Positions 22,098 through 36,421 are shown, counted from the stretch's first letter. The stretch is DNA of 64,000 nt from Octopus vulgaris (GCA_951406725.2 OX597827.1:62372001-62436000), one strand, 5' to 3'. The notes: generated from the sequence alone by a model not told the origin. Numbers and translations are program-made.

Positions 22098-22132
22098 GTT
22101 TCCGATGAAGAGCTCCGCTCGAAACGTTAAAC
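22098..22132 (+). ncRNA. Minimal hammerhead ribozyme with variant core CCGAUGA
   Basis: GTTT-CCGATGA-A-GAGC-TCC-GCTC-GAAAC-GTT-AAAC, inside a roughly 150-bp island (22083-22235) flanked by (TA)n. Confidence 0.7.
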
Positions 22133-22230
22133 CCTCCTTATTTCCTTCTTTCCTGAGCGTCCAATAATGCTATATCTGTTCCACGTCCTCGCGTTGTTGT
22201 GTTTTTTTTTGTGCTTTCTTGTTTGGATTA

Positions 22231-22287
<57 letters not shown>

Positions 22288-22616
22288 AAGCAGACAGACA
22301 GACAGACCACACACACGCGTATACATATGCATAAATATATATATATATTAAAAAAACAGAAATTATTGTGAAGTACTTTTCATTGTGCTGGTAACGTGCA
22401 AGTTTCGCCACATCTGGCTTTTCAGGTGTGTCTGGCTGTCTGCCTGCGACTTCGTCTCTCTCTTTCTCAAAATATATGTAATATATATATATATAGATAT
22501 ATATGTGTGTGTGTGTGTGTTTGTGTGTGTGTATGTGTGTGTGTGTGTATGTGTGTGCGTGTGTGTAGCGTGTGTATGTGAATATATATATACATACATA
22601 TATTTTGATCAGCACA

Positions 22617-22697
<81 letters not shown>

Positions 22698-23345
22698 GCA
22701 TACATGTACATAGAGACACACGTATAAAACTAAGGTTAACCACAGTGCGGCGCTGTTAGTTGATTTAGTATCGATATGTTTTCCTCAGAAGAATTAACTT
22801 AGTATCGACGAGTTTCGTCAGGCAAGCCGTTTGCATCTATAGGTTACGCCTGACGCCAAGGTAAAACTGAAGACGTCTTAAAGGGGGAAAAGCACGACCA
22901 GAGTAGAAGTCGATATTGTTTAAAACACTCGTGGGAGACAATAAGGCAGAAGGCATGCTATCTAACATGGCTGAAATATCCGTGCCTGGATGCGTGCCGT
23001 TGTTTAGAGAGATATTTATATATGTGTGTGTGTAAGCGTGTGTGCTATTATATATGTGTTTGTGATTTGTGTAGTCTTGTGTGCTGTGCGTGTGTTTATG
23101 TGTCTTAGAGTCATGCGTCGGTATGCGTGTGTGTGTGTGTGTTTGGCTGCATATGTATGTGTGTGTGTGACTGTGTTTACGTGTGCAGTTGCGTAGGTAA
23201 ACATTAGTGTATGTGCATGTGTATATGTGTATGTGTATGTATGTCTGTTTTGTTCATGTGAATGATGGAAGTGCGTGTATATATCCTAGTAACGTTTTAT
23301 AATGTGCATTTGTTTTTTTATATACATACATGTAAGTGAACGACC

Positions 23346-23393
<48 letters not shown>

Positions 23394-23478
23394 CCACACA
23401 CAAACACAGACAGTCACACGCATATATATATGCATGTGTTTGTGTGTGTTTGTATATATGTACATATATATATGTGTA

Positions 23479-23509
<31 letters not shown>

Positions 23510-23524
23510 CTATCTATCTATCTA

Positions 23525-23590
<66 letters not shown>

Positions 23591-23633
23591 GATATATGTA
23601 TGTGTGCATATATGTGTATATATATATATATAG

Positions 23634-23670
<37 letters not shown>

Positions 23671-23741
23671 TGTACATATATATGCATATATATATATATG
23701 CATATATATATATATGCATATATATATATGCATATATATGC

Positions 23742-23790
<49 letters not shown>

Positions 23791-24204
23791 TATATATATA
23801 TATATACATATATATATTATATATATATATTTATATATATATGTGCACTTGTGTGTGAATAAGTGTGTTCATGTGTGTGAGCGTGTACGTGTACGCGTGT
23901 GTGTATGTAAGATTTTGTACATCGATAGATGTGTGTGTGTGTGTTCATATGCATGTTTATGTGTGTATGTGTGTGTGTGTGTGTGTTTGTCTGGGGGAGT
24001 GTGTATGTACGTGTGTGCAGGCATGCGTGATTGTGCGTGCGTGCGTGCGAGTGTGCGTCTGTGTGTGCGTGCGTGTGCGTGTGTGCGTGTGCGTGTGTGT
24101 GTTCTTGCTCAGTGCACGAGCTTGTCTGCGAGTGTGTGTAGGTGTGCCTTTGTTTAAAGAATATCGAGGATGAAACAATAGCGCCTGTAGCGTTACCATT
24201 TCTA

Positions 24205-25142
24205 ACAGCACCAACAACAGCACCGCCGCCGCCGCCGCCGCCACCACCACCACCACCACCACCACCACCACCACCACCCACCACCGCCACCACCACCACC
24301 AACAACAACAATAACAATTACATATTTATCTTAACGGCAGTCTCAGGCTTGTCGTTGCCATCACTGCGATGGTGATTATCTCCCCCTGCAACGCAACTAC
24401 TCTTCCTTTGCCATCGACACACACGCAACAAATCTTACATTGCACACCATTAGAAAGTACCCCACGAGCATTACCAACAAGGAGCAAGAGGAGAGAAAAG
24501 AAGAAAGGTTAAAATACCAAGAACTGTGCCATCACCGGCACCATCACTACAAACACCACCACCGCCACCATCACTACAACCACCACAACCGCCATCGCCA
24601 CCACCACCACCACCACCACCACCACCACCACCACACCACCACCACCACCATCACTACAACCACCACCACCACCACCACTCCTACCACCGCTACTACTACT
24701 ACAACCACCACCACCGTCACCACCGTCGCCACCACCAAATCGCTACCACCACCTCTTCACCATCACCACCACCACCACCACCACCACACCACTACCATCA
24801 CCACCAACACCAGCACCATCACTACAACCACCATCACCACCGCCACTACTACCACCACCACCACTACAACTACCACCACCACTACTACTACAACCCCGCT
24901 CCTACCACCACCAAAACCATCATTGTAACTACTACCTGTACTGTCACCACCACAACCACCAAAACTACCTTCACCACCATCACCACCACCATCACCACCA
25001 CCACCACCACTCCTACCACCATCACCACTCCTACCACCACTGCTACCACCAGAACCATGAGACCTACCGCCATCAAAACCATTGCCACCACTACATCATC
25101 ACCACCGCCACCACCACCACCACTACCACCACTACTACAACA

Positions 25143-25173
<31 letters not shown>

Positions 25174-25290
25174 AAACTATTATTACTACCACCACCGACT
25201 TCACCACCACCACCACCGACTTCACCACCACCGCCACCACCACTGCCTCCGTCACCACCGCCGTCACCACTACTATCACTACCACCATCT
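24205..25290. repeat. (ACC)/(ACT)/(ATC) trinucleotide field
   Basis: Directly visible; gives poly-T, poly-H and poly-P ORF artefacts. Confidence 0.9.
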
Positions 25291-25323
25291 TAGTGGCATC
25301 TCTCACTCATTCTGGCTTGTGTA

Positions 25324-25625
25324 GGCGCGTGGCTTAGTGGTTAGGGTGTTCGCTTCACTGTCATAACGTCGTAAGTTCGATTCCTGGCGGCGCAATGCAT
25401 CCTTCGGTAAAGCCTTTTTAATTTACGTTGTTCCAGTCTGCTCAGCAGATGAAAATGAGTTGTATCTGTTTTTCAAAAGGACACTTTTGTCGCATTTGGA
25501 ATCACGCTGAATATCCCTGAGAACTACGTTATGGTTACGCGTTTCTGTGGAGTACTCAGCCACATGCACGTTAATTTCGTGAGCAGATCGTTACGTTGAT
25601 CGGCCCAACTAGAATCCCTGTCGAC
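25324..25625 (+). mobile_element. SINE family C
   Basis: A-box TGGCTTAGTGG, B-box GTTCGATTCC; homologous to 35904-36220 (-). Confidence 0.8.
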
Positions 25626-25628
25626 ATA

Positions 25629-26060
25629 GGCGCAAGAGTGGCTGTGTGATAAGTAGCTTGCTTACTAACCATATGGTTCCTGGTTCAGTCCAACTGCGTG
25701 GCACCTTGCGCAAGTGTCTTCTACTATAGACGTGGGGCTACGAAAGCCTTGTGAGTATATTTGGTAGACGGAAACTGAAAGAAGCCCGTCGTATATATAC
25801 ATATACATATATAATATATATATACATATATATATATGTGTGTGTGTCTGTGTTTGTCTCCCCAACGTCGCTTGACAACCGATGCTGGGGTGTTTACGTC
25901 CCCGTCACTTAGCGGTTCGGCAAAAAAATACCGATAGAATAAGTACTAGGTTTACAAAGAATAAGTCCTGGGGTCGATTTGCTCGACTAAAGGCGATGCT
26001 CCAGCATGGCCGCAGTCAAATGAGTGGAACAAATAAAAGAATAAAAGAATAAAGGAATAA
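25629..26060 (+). mobile_element. SINE family A, near full length
   Basis: tRNA-like head GGCGCAAGAGTGGCTGTGTG..GGTTCAGTCC, internal (TA)n(TG)n, tail (TAAAAGAA)n. Confidence 0.9.
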
Positions 26061-26437
26061 CCGAACGAGTGCCAGCTTGTTGCCTCCGCGGTCTTCTGTT
26101 CGTCCAATGGCCTGGATAGAAGAGATTGCTCATGACTACGTACGCACCTAGAGGAATTAGCAAAAGCATGGCACGTATCAGCAGTTCATATCGCTTGTGT
26201 GTGATGGCAGAATAAGACAAATGGGCGTAGCTGCTTGGACGCTGACGATTTGGCACGGCTGATTGACACTCAGCCTGTTTTGGCGTGAGTGCGTTTTGTC
26301 ACTAGAGCCAAACACCTGAAGTAACGTGGAATTAAGTGTTTTTCTCAAGGACACATCGCGTCGCCCGTTCCAGGAATCGAAACCGCAATCTTACAATCAC
26401 GAGTCCAACACATTAACCACTAAACCACACGCCTCCA
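26061..26437 (-). mobile_element. tRNA-derived CORE-like SINE (further family)
   Basis: Minus head GGAGGCGTGTGGTTTAGTGG...GGTTTCGATTCC...TGTGTCCTTGAGAAAAACACTT; the 3' extent is uncertain. Confidence 0.65.
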
Positions 26438-27240
26438 CAAACGCTGGAACCCCCGAACTAGGGATCCACAATTGGATGTAGTTTAGTCATAACTGGAGAT
26501 AAATTTACATAAAACAAACAAGAATTCAATCAAGATGAAATTGAAAACAAGAAACTACAAACTGAGTTATGCATCCATGAATAGGAGAAAAATATCTCAA
26601 TTTGGATCTGATAGGGACTCGAAAAGACTGATCCCTACCATCTGATCTATCATTTTATCTGGTCTAATAGGCCATCTAGTTGCTCATTTCAGAAATACCT
26701 GCGATCAATTTTGGGCTTAGTGCAGCCAGCAAAGACCCAAGTCCTTAAGATTGATCGAAGGTTTTTTTTTTCATTATTGTTTTGTCTTTCGTAGATTCAA
26801 CATAATCGAAGCTCATCTCGGCAATTATTTCAAATAGTCGTTATAGATCATAACTTGCATCTAATGACGTTTGTCTTGCAAAGAATTGCAAATTACAATG
26901 ACAGACAAGTTTGTTTGTCTTGTCTTAGACTCTTTATTTTCAGTCGTTTCTTGGTTTTTCTTTTCTTGCCTTCACTGCTGTATCTAGCATGCCAACAACA
27001 CAGCTCAATCTCCACCTCTTCTTCATTATCGCACGGCGATGCAATGATACTGTGGGTGATGATCAGGGGACGGTATCGTATGTTTTGTCGCCTCATGGAA
27101 CACAAGACCTGGTAATGTTATTCGACGTGATACGCTGAGTTGTGCGCTCGTAACAGTAACTTTTGCGGCCTGCAACCGATGTTTTGTCGCTTAAATTTTA
27201 CAGACCTTCCTATGGTGGAGTACATGGACCCAAGCGATTA

Positions 27241-27610
27241 TGAGGTGGAAAATTGATAAGAAGTTGAAAAGCCTCAGTGTTATAATGTGTGAGAGGCTCA
27301 GCGCCTCATTTGTAAATGGACTAGTGTTGATTGTATATTGAATATTTCATTGTATATTATTGCATGTTATTGACTATTAAGTACAATAATTGTAAGAACT
27401 GTAGTAAGATGTTCAATACCTCGTTGAGGTGGAAAAATTGACAAGAGGTTGAAAAGCCTCACTTTTATAATGTGTAAGAGGCGCAGCGCCTCATTTCTAA
27501 ATGGACTAGTGTTGATTGTATATTGAATATTTTTTGCATGTTAATATTTGTAATGGACTATTAAGTCACAAAACTGTAAAAAACTGTTGTGCGAGGTTTC
27601 AATACCTCGC
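27241..27610 (+). repeat. Two diverged ~185-bp tandem units, each with a hairpin plus CTAG resembling a Helitron 3' end
   Basis: GAGGCTC-A-GCGCCTC then CTAG at 27321; GAGGCGC-A-GCGCCTC then CTAG at 27506. Confidence 0.6.
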
Positions 27611-27795
27611 TTTGTTTATTCTGTTGAAAAAAAAAAAGAACAATGTTTTAGAGAAAAAGAAAATCGGAGGGCGTTTTGGCCTTCTCTTATCAATATCATC
27701 CTTACTTCATCATTAACCTTATCAATGTATATGTCCAGCTCGCAAGCTGCTCCTTGTAATGCCTTTATGGCAAATTTTAATGAAATAATGAAATA

Positions 27796-27944
27796 AAGTA
27801 GCTTGCTAACCAACCATATGGTCCCGGGTTCAGTCCCACTGCGTGGCACCTTGGACAAGTATCTTCTACTATAACCTCGGGCCGACCATAGACTTGTGAG
27901 TGGATTTAGTAGACGGAAACTGAAAGAAGTCCGTCGTATACAAG

Positions 27945-27993
<49 letters not shown>

Positions 27994-28205
27994 ATGTTTG
28001 TATGTCTGTGTTTGTCCCCCCAACATCACTTGACAACCGATGCTGGTGTGTTTACGTCCCCGTAACATTAGCTGTTCGGCAAAAGGGACCGATAAAATAA
28101 GTACTAGGCTTACAAATAATAAGTCCTGGAGTCGATTTGCTCGACTAAAGCTGGCGCTCCAGCATGGCCACAGTCAAATGACTGAAGCAAGTAAAAGAGT
28201 AAGAA
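27796..28205 (+). mobile_element. SINE family A, slightly 5'-truncated
   Basis: Matches the 25629 copy. Confidence 0.9.
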
Positions 28206-28694
28206 ATAAAGTGTTTCGCTCAAGAATACAACACACAGACCAGTCCGGGAATTGAACTCACTAGCTCCTAGTTGTAAGTCCGACACTCTGACCACTGATC
28301 CATGAGCCTATTTCGTACCAAACAGCAATGTCAGCAATCTACCTGTGATAATTTTTGTTTCCAGATTATACTGGTATCCCTTAAAAATTATTTTTCGTAA
28401 AATCTCTCATAGAATCACAATCTACACCGTATGAAAAATATTTGCTGAGAATCTCATCACAAAATAACCAATTTGATGAATGTTATGAGGCAACAAAGTC
28501 ACATGGAAAGAATTTAGTTGAAAAAAAATGAGACAAGATTATATTTGGTATAATTGGTGTAAGTAAATGAAAACCATTTCCTCCATTCAGCTGTGTATTT
28601 ACTTTTTACTCTTTTACTCTTTTACTGGTTTCAGTCATTTGACTGCGGCCATGTTGGAGCACCGCCTTTTGTTTTCTATAAATCTGAAAATTTG

Positions 28695-28752
<58 letters not shown>

Positions 28753-28944
28753 GCTAAAAGTTGATGTAAACAGCTAGCCGTAATACAAAACCATATAGGA
28801 CAAATTTAGTCGTCTCTTATTGCTAAAATGTGTGCTAAAACAGTTATTGCTAGAAATAAAACTCTTATAACTGCGTCAAAAGTACATTTATATATAATGA
28901 CAGGGTAGATAACTGCGCCATGAGCAAAGCTATGTGTGTGTATA

Positions 28945-29018
<74 letters not shown>

Positions 29019-29020
<2 letters not shown>

Positions 29021-29238
29021 GGAGTAAACACATATATGTGAAACAAGGTGGAAAAAAAGAGTACTCAAATACCAGTGGTAGAGTAATATGCTTTATTTAA
29101 AGCAGCAGAAAATTCAACAAAACCTGTTACTCTGAGTTTCACGTTGCCGTTCATCGGACAGCAAAAACTGTCCGATGAACGGCAACGTGAAACTCAGAGT
29201 AACAGGTTTTGTTGAATTTTCTGCTGCTTTAAATAAAG
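29019..29238. mobile_element. Penelope-like terminal repeat with a perfect 71-bp fold-back carrying a hammerhead on each strand
   Basis: Arms 29091-29161 and 29168-29238. Plus-strand motif CTGT-CCGATGA-ACG-GCAA-CGT-GAAACTC-A-GAGTA-ACAG. Related truncated copy at 45046-45178. Confidence 0.8.
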
Positions 29239-29323
29239 TATATATATATATGTATTTTTTTTTCTTGTTTCAGCTCAGAGCTGCGGCCATGCTGATGCAC
29301 CGCCGTTTTGTGCTACGCTGTTA

Positions 29324-29540
29324 TTATGTAGAACCTCCTCTAATATGTGGCACTTGGTGAAGAATGGAGTTTGATATAGCTACTCTCATTTGCACCTCTT
29401 GCCGTGAGGTAGGTTCATCTGGGACTCTCGACAGGAAGATGTCCAGCTTTGATTTAAAAACCGCTACATCTACTTTATGCAAGTTCCTCAGACTCTTTGG
29501 GAGAATATTAAAAAGCTGTGGGTCCTTGAAACCCAGGGTG
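29324..29540 (-). pseudogene. 3' end of a CR1-type LINE ORF2
   Basis: [43 protein letters not shown]...SNSILHQV has the FN.LP..LR...FK..LD..L pattern of the CR1-group RT C-terminus. Confidence 0.75.
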
Positions 29541-29591
29541 TATATATATATATGTATATATATATATATGTGTATATATATATGTAATATA

Positions 29592-29662
<71 letters not shown>

Positions 29663-29686
29663 ATATATATATATATATATGTATAC

Positions 29687-29751
<65 letters not shown>

Positions 29752-29835
29752 AATAAAGGGAAAGTTTACGAAAATAAACAAAAGACGAAGGCAGGTGGAG
29801 TACAAACAAAGAAATGTATTAGTATAGCACTCAGG

Positions 29836-29871
<36 letters not shown>

Positions 29872-30860
29872 CACATGTTGCCTATGTGAAGTATTTCTCA
29901 AACAATGCACCAGTAATGAAGAAGCTATGAAACGAGTGACAGCAGTTACACGCAAGGAAATTTGGGGTGACACGTGATGGAATCTGAAACGAAAATCTGC
30001 CTGCATTATGGTATTACACAAGGCTTATGTATAAGCATTTACCTAAAATATACGCTCAAATATGAGTCTCAAGAAAGATCTTTCCTTTACACCGGGTTAT
30101 AATGGCATGCTATCAATGTAATAGTCCACGTGCATCAGGGTGTGTAGAATTATCATCCGCTAAGTACAATTTGAAGTGCCAAATCGTGGTTAGTTCTGTT
30201 GTATTTATATGAACGGCCGTCTCTCTTTGAAAATGATGATTCAAAAATAGCACGGAAATTTTGCCTTCATTTATATATGCATGAATACACACACACACAC
30301 ACACGCACACACACATACTCATATAGTTATATAGATTCATACATACATGCTTGCATAATACACATATAACTGCATGCATGCATACATTCATACGTTCACG
30401 CATACACACATTAATACATGCATATCTGCATTCATACATAGTTATATACATTATTATCTGAATATTTAAATAAAAACCTGTATACATGCATACACACTCA
30501 CATACGCACGCGCACACACACACACACACACGCTTATATTTATACATGCATGCGTACATACACGAATGCATACATTCGTATATACATGCCTGTATATATG
30601 GTTGCATACTTGAATACACATTTACATATATGTATATATACATGCGTATATACATGAATGTATATGTATACATATATATATACTCATTCATATGCATATA
30701 TATATGCATAAATAATGCAAACCTGCATGCGTACATACTTAGGTGCATATATAGTTACATACATATTTATATCCATAGATACAAGCATACATGCACACAC
30801 ATACATACATGCATACATACATTTATATATATATTTACATGCATACATAAATGCATACAT

Positions 30861-30929
<69 letters not shown>

Positions 30930-31325
30930 CATGCATACATACGTACTGCTAGATGGAACATACTAATCATTACTTCCTTCTACATGACAAAATTCCACAA
31001 TTGTGTGTTAATAATACGAATTGAAATAGCGTATAACTACAATATTGCAGCAGAGGTGTTCTGAAAAGCTAATAATTATAATGACTTCAAGTAAAGACAT
31101 TATGGCTTTTAAATATGTCCAACATTTCATTTATAATTGGTACGACTGTAATATTCCACTTTTTCATAGTAGAATCTGTAAATGTGGTTAGAACAATCGT
31201 GCGAAGCATTTGTTAGCCTTGTAGATTTGAATGCATATTTTTTTCTTCTCATTTTTCCGAGAGAGATATTTCAATTATTCGTGCTGTAGGAATGGATGAA
31301 ATATCATGAGGCGTCTTACAACCCA

Positions 31326-31480
<155 letters not shown>

Positions 31481-31497
31481 TATAATAATAATAATAA

Positions 31498-32053
31498 ATG
31501 CTCTGATGCAGTACCAGACAGTGGCTCTCATGGCTCCTGATCTTAACGGATTGAAAGTGTTATCATGTATATTGTTTTGTCTTGGTATAAAAGATAGGCT
31601 ATAGCATATATTCTGCTCAATACCACAGATTTGCTTGTCAGTTGTTTGTCCTTATGCAGTTGAGCACATCCCTTAGTGGCTAGCGAAATGTGCATCTCTG
31701 ATCACAACCAGAAGTAGTGGGGGAGAATCATAACCGTGTGTTGAAAGGAATTCTTAGAGGTTTGGATAATTCACCTTTGGAAACACGGGTTGTTCGTTCA
31801 ACATCCTTAAACATTCCTTATTCAGGGACCTTTTGAGCGGGATGGGCTGTTCGACCAGAAGAAAATTCTAACTGAGCCCCACCTTCAAGGTCATACACTG
31901 TTTATCTTGATATGAGATCACCATGTCGCGCACATATGGTTGTGATGCATGTGCCTGGTGTAACCTTATCAGAAGGGTAGTCATGATGGGTATATTGGGC
32001 TTCATATATTTTACCCTAGTGTCACTTTGATTGCATGCACTGCTCGCTCACTC
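31498..32053 (+). mobile_element. Non-coding interspersed repeat embedded in (AAT)n, probably a non-LTR 3' end or SINE
   Basis: Flanked on both sides by long (AAT)n; partial copies at 5778-5870 (also after (AAT)n), 62425-62600 and 63390-63497 (-). Confidence 0.7.
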
Positions 32054-32126
<73 letters not shown>

Positions 32127-32152
32127 TAATAATGATAATAATAATAATAATG

Positions 32153-32228
<76 letters not shown>

Positions 32229-32245
32229 TAATAATAATAATAATA

Positions 32246-32311
<66 letters not shown>

Positions 32312-32317
32312 CAATAA

Positions 32318-32494
32318 CCCTTTCTATTATTGGCACAAGGCCTGAAATTTGGGGGAGGGGATAGTCGATTACATCGACCCCAGTACTTAACTGGTACTTA
32401 ATTTACTGACCCTGAAAGAATGAAAAGCAAAGTCGACCTCGACGGAATTTGAATTCAGAATGCGCGAAATATCGCTAAGCATTTCGCACGGCGA
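32318..32494 (-). mobile_element. SINE family D monomer
   Basis: Reverse complement of the family D core. Confidence 0.8.
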
Positions 32495-32511
32495 TAATAA
32501 TGATGATAATA

Positions 32512-32552
<41 letters not shown>

Positions 32553-32565
32553 GATGATGATGATG

Positions 32566-32645
<80 letters not shown>

Positions 32646-33109
32646 TGCTCTGCAGCGAATAACGAACAACCTGGACGTGCTTCAACAAGGTCCCTGGGAG
32701 AAAAGATTAAATCTGAGATCATCATCGAGCTGTATTTAAAGAAACAGCCCCCGCCCCACAAAAAAAAAAAAAAATGGAAGAAAACTACTTTTTAATGTAA
32801 AGCATCCTAAAAAAGCAAACGATTTTTCTCAAAATTGTAAACGTCACGTTGCAAAATTTACGTGTGAAAGTGTAAACAACACGTGGAACTGCGAGAACTA
32901 TTTACCTCGGAACTGTGCGTACTAGATGTAATCATATATAAGCTATGTGTCGATTATACACCAACCAATATAATATTTGTGTTTATACAATTCACACACG
33001 AACACGTCGTAGCCTCCACACGTACAGAAAACAAACAAGCATTGAGAGCCTGGTATTTAAACGCCTTCAACATGGTTTCTTATTTTACCTGATTGGAAGT
33101 GTTACCCTT

Positions 33110-33450
33110 TGCGCTGTTTCGTCTTGGTATAACAGATGGGCTGCAGCCCTTTTCAAGCCTAGCCAGGCTCATGGGCCCGGTTTCCCGGTTTCTGTGGCGT
33201 ATGAGTTCCTCCCAGCTGGACGGAACGCCATTCCATCGCAGCGTTACTCAAGAAACAGGAAGAGAGAGAGAGTGAGAGAAAGTTGGGGCGTAAGAGAACA
33301 ACAGGGGTTGTCACCACGCTCTGCCGGAGCATCATGGAGCTTTTAGGTGTTTTCGCTCAATAAACACACGCAACGCCCGGTCTGGGAATCGAAACCGTGA
33401 TCCTCCGACCGCGAGTCCGCGGACCTAACCACTGGGTCATTGCGACTCCA
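33110..33450 (-). mobile_element. SINE family E
   Basis: Minus head GGAGTCGCAATGACCCAGTGGTTAGG..GGTTTCGATTCCCAGACCGGGCG is homologous to the 47397 copy. Confidence 0.75.
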
Positions 33451-33743
33451 CATACTCCAAAATAGCGGAATGAAAACATCTTTTCAGCTTTTACTTTTTT
33501 CAGTCATTGCACTAAGACTATATGGGGCACCGGGTTCAATGGTGTAGCCCAACAAATCAACGTTAGTACTTATATTTAGAATGTGGTACTTATTTTATCG
33601 ACCCATTTGGCCGAAACGCTAGGTGATATGGACGTTAATAAATCGACATCAGCTGTCAAACAATGGGTGGGTGTTGCCACAAATACAAAGATACACACAT
33701 ACTCAGTGTATTAATGCATACATCACACACACACACATATATT

Positions 33744-33812
<69 letters not shown>

Positions 33813-34036
33813 ATTAGCCGGTGTATACGAAGCAATGAATAGCTTTGCGGAAACCATGGTACGCATTGTTTTCTGACTTTATTGTCATCTTATAATCACC
33901 TCATAATAATGACTTTTATTACTACCTCAGTCCATCTAAATGTATATATTTGTCGTTACCTTTCATAAAAAGCCTTTTTTTTATTTACAATGTGCATTTT
34001 CGTTGATTTTTCATATTCCCCCACCCTCTCTGTCTG

Positions 34037-34071
<35 letters not shown>

Positions 34072-34830
34072 TTACATACATATATGGGTATAAGACGTCA
34101 TCAACGGTGCAAATAACATACACACGAGAGATAGATACAAGACGTGGAAAGTAATTATAAGACAAAAACGAGTAAATTACGTAAACAACGAGAAAAAAGA
34201 TGGAGAACAGGTCAAGTTAACACAGAAAAAGGACCCTTCATCAGTTGTCAGCTGTCTATCTACTCATCATTTCGAGCATACTGGCTGCTATACAATTTTT
34301 GTCTACCAAATTCACCAAACAGCGACGTGATGTTGAAAACCTCTAAAAAGAATAAAATTGAGGTATACATGATTACTACCAACTAGAAATTGTAAGAATT
34401 CGCAATAGGTGATAAAAATTAGATACGTGAATTCTGTATGACTTCTTTGCACTCCTCAATTTCTAATTCAAATTTCTAATGTTGTAAGCAGATAGTTACC
34501 TCCCTTCTATTTGCGGTCATTACCAGAGGTCGTCACATGTAATTAACTTTACATAGCGAAATAGGATGTCTGATGTCTAAGATGAAAATACGGAATAAAA
34601 CTCAAATATTAAAAAAGGAAATATATGAAAATGAAATGAGAAATACTAAAATATCCCACTCCGGTTATGACACGACGGATAAAATTATTTGAAAAGCGCG
34701 AGCATTGCTTTTGCTAGAATAAATCCATGTTGAGAAAATACTAACCAATCACACCTACCTAGATGTGAAGATGACTAACAGCAACAAGAACATTAACCAC
34801 AACAACAACAATAGCAACAGCAGCAGCAGG

Positions 34831-35023
34831 CGTTCAAGAATTTGAACCTGGAGATCTCCATTTCCAGCGACTTCGGAGGCCACCTCCCAGTGGTGTCGGG
34901 CGTCAACGAAGAGCCCTCGACTACAACAAAACGACCAAAGTTTTTTTTTTCTCCAAGGTCTGGGGTCTCCCGCTCCTAAGCCCTAGACCATCACCTAATC
35001 ACCCTTACCCGTCTTGTTGCTTA
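34831..35023. repeat. GC-rich ~190-bp interspersed repeat within (CAG)/(CAA) microsatellite
   Basis: Second copy at 46749-46940 in the same microsatellite context. Confidence 0.8.
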
Positions 35024-35383
35024 ACAACAACAACAGCAGCAGCAGCAGCAACAATAACTACAACAGAAGCAATAACAACGACAATAACATTAGCAACAAC
35101 ATCAAACTGAATGACTTAAAAATTTGATAAAAAATACTTCAAACAAGTTCTTTTAATTGTTCTTCCTTTTTCGATCATTGTATTGCGACCATGCTGGGAT
35201 TATCACCTTGAGTGATTTAGATAAACAAATCGGCCTCAGTAATTATATGCTTTTAAAAGTCTCTTACATATCCTATCGGGTCTCTTTTGCTGAACCGCTA
35301 GTGTTTTTACACGGACGTAAATGACCGAACACCGGTTGTCAAGCCGTAGAGGGTCAATCACAAACATAGACATAAATAAACTC

Positions 35384-35427
<44 letters not shown>

Positions 35428-35638
35428 TCCTTCTTTCTCTTTTCCTCATGCGCGCACACACACGCACAAACATACACGCACAAACACACACGCACAAACA
35501 CACACACATACACACGCAGAAACACACACATATTATTTGGTAGAAATAACATGACTCAAAGGCCGAGAGTTTCTTGAGTTACCACTTATTATACTATATC
35601 TGTCTATCTATATATACGACAGCTTATGTGTATGTATA

Positions 35639-35728
<90 letters not shown>

Positions 35729-35830
35729 AATAAATAAATAAATAAATATATATATAAATAATATTAGTTGGTTTATCAGCTTTAGGATAGCTGATAAACC
35801 AACTAAATTATTTCTCCATTTTCTTATTTG

Positions 35831-35890
<60 letters not shown>

Positions 35891-35903
35891 TTATATATAA
35901 AAA

Positions 35904-36220
35904 GACTCCGCCGGTTACGACGACGAGGGTCCCAGCTGATACGATCAACGGAACAGCTTGCTCGTGAAATTAACGTGCAAATGGCTGAGCATTCCACAGA
36001 CACGTGTACCCTTAACGTAGTTCTCGGGGATAATCAGCGTGACACAGAGAGTGACAAGGCTGACCCTTTGAAATACAAGTACAACTCATTTTTGCCAGCT
36101 GAGTGGACTGGAGCAACGTGAAATAAAGTGTCTTGCTCAAGGACACAACGCGTCGCCGGGAATCGAACTCACAACCTTACGATCATGGGCCGAATGCCCT
36201 AGCCACTAAGCCACGCGCCC
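35904..36220 (-). mobile_element. SINE family C, full length
   Basis: Minus head GGGCGCGTGGCTTAGTGG..GAGTTCGATTCCC, CORE-like segment. Confidence 0.85.
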
Positions 36221-36421
36221 TCACATTTATATATATACACAGATGACTGTAACTCGAAAATTTTAAGAATTGAACAACCATGAAACGATCGTAGTGTTAT
36301 ATTAATTATCTTTTTTAATAATTTTGATATATATTTAAATAATATAAATTAATTAATCTTATATATTGGCTTAAGTTTTTCATTGTATGATTTGCCTAAT
36401 AGTGGTTTTATCTCTAATTTA

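Noticed and set aside
22800-22860. Minus-strand hammerhead (GTCAGGC..GCCTGAC-GAAAC-TC-GTC)
   Set aside because: No CUGANGA-like core or stem I upstream of the hairpin.
32713-32736. bantam-like microRNA (TGAGATCATCATCGAGCTG)
   Set aside because: Only the seed region matches and no complementary precursor arm is visible.
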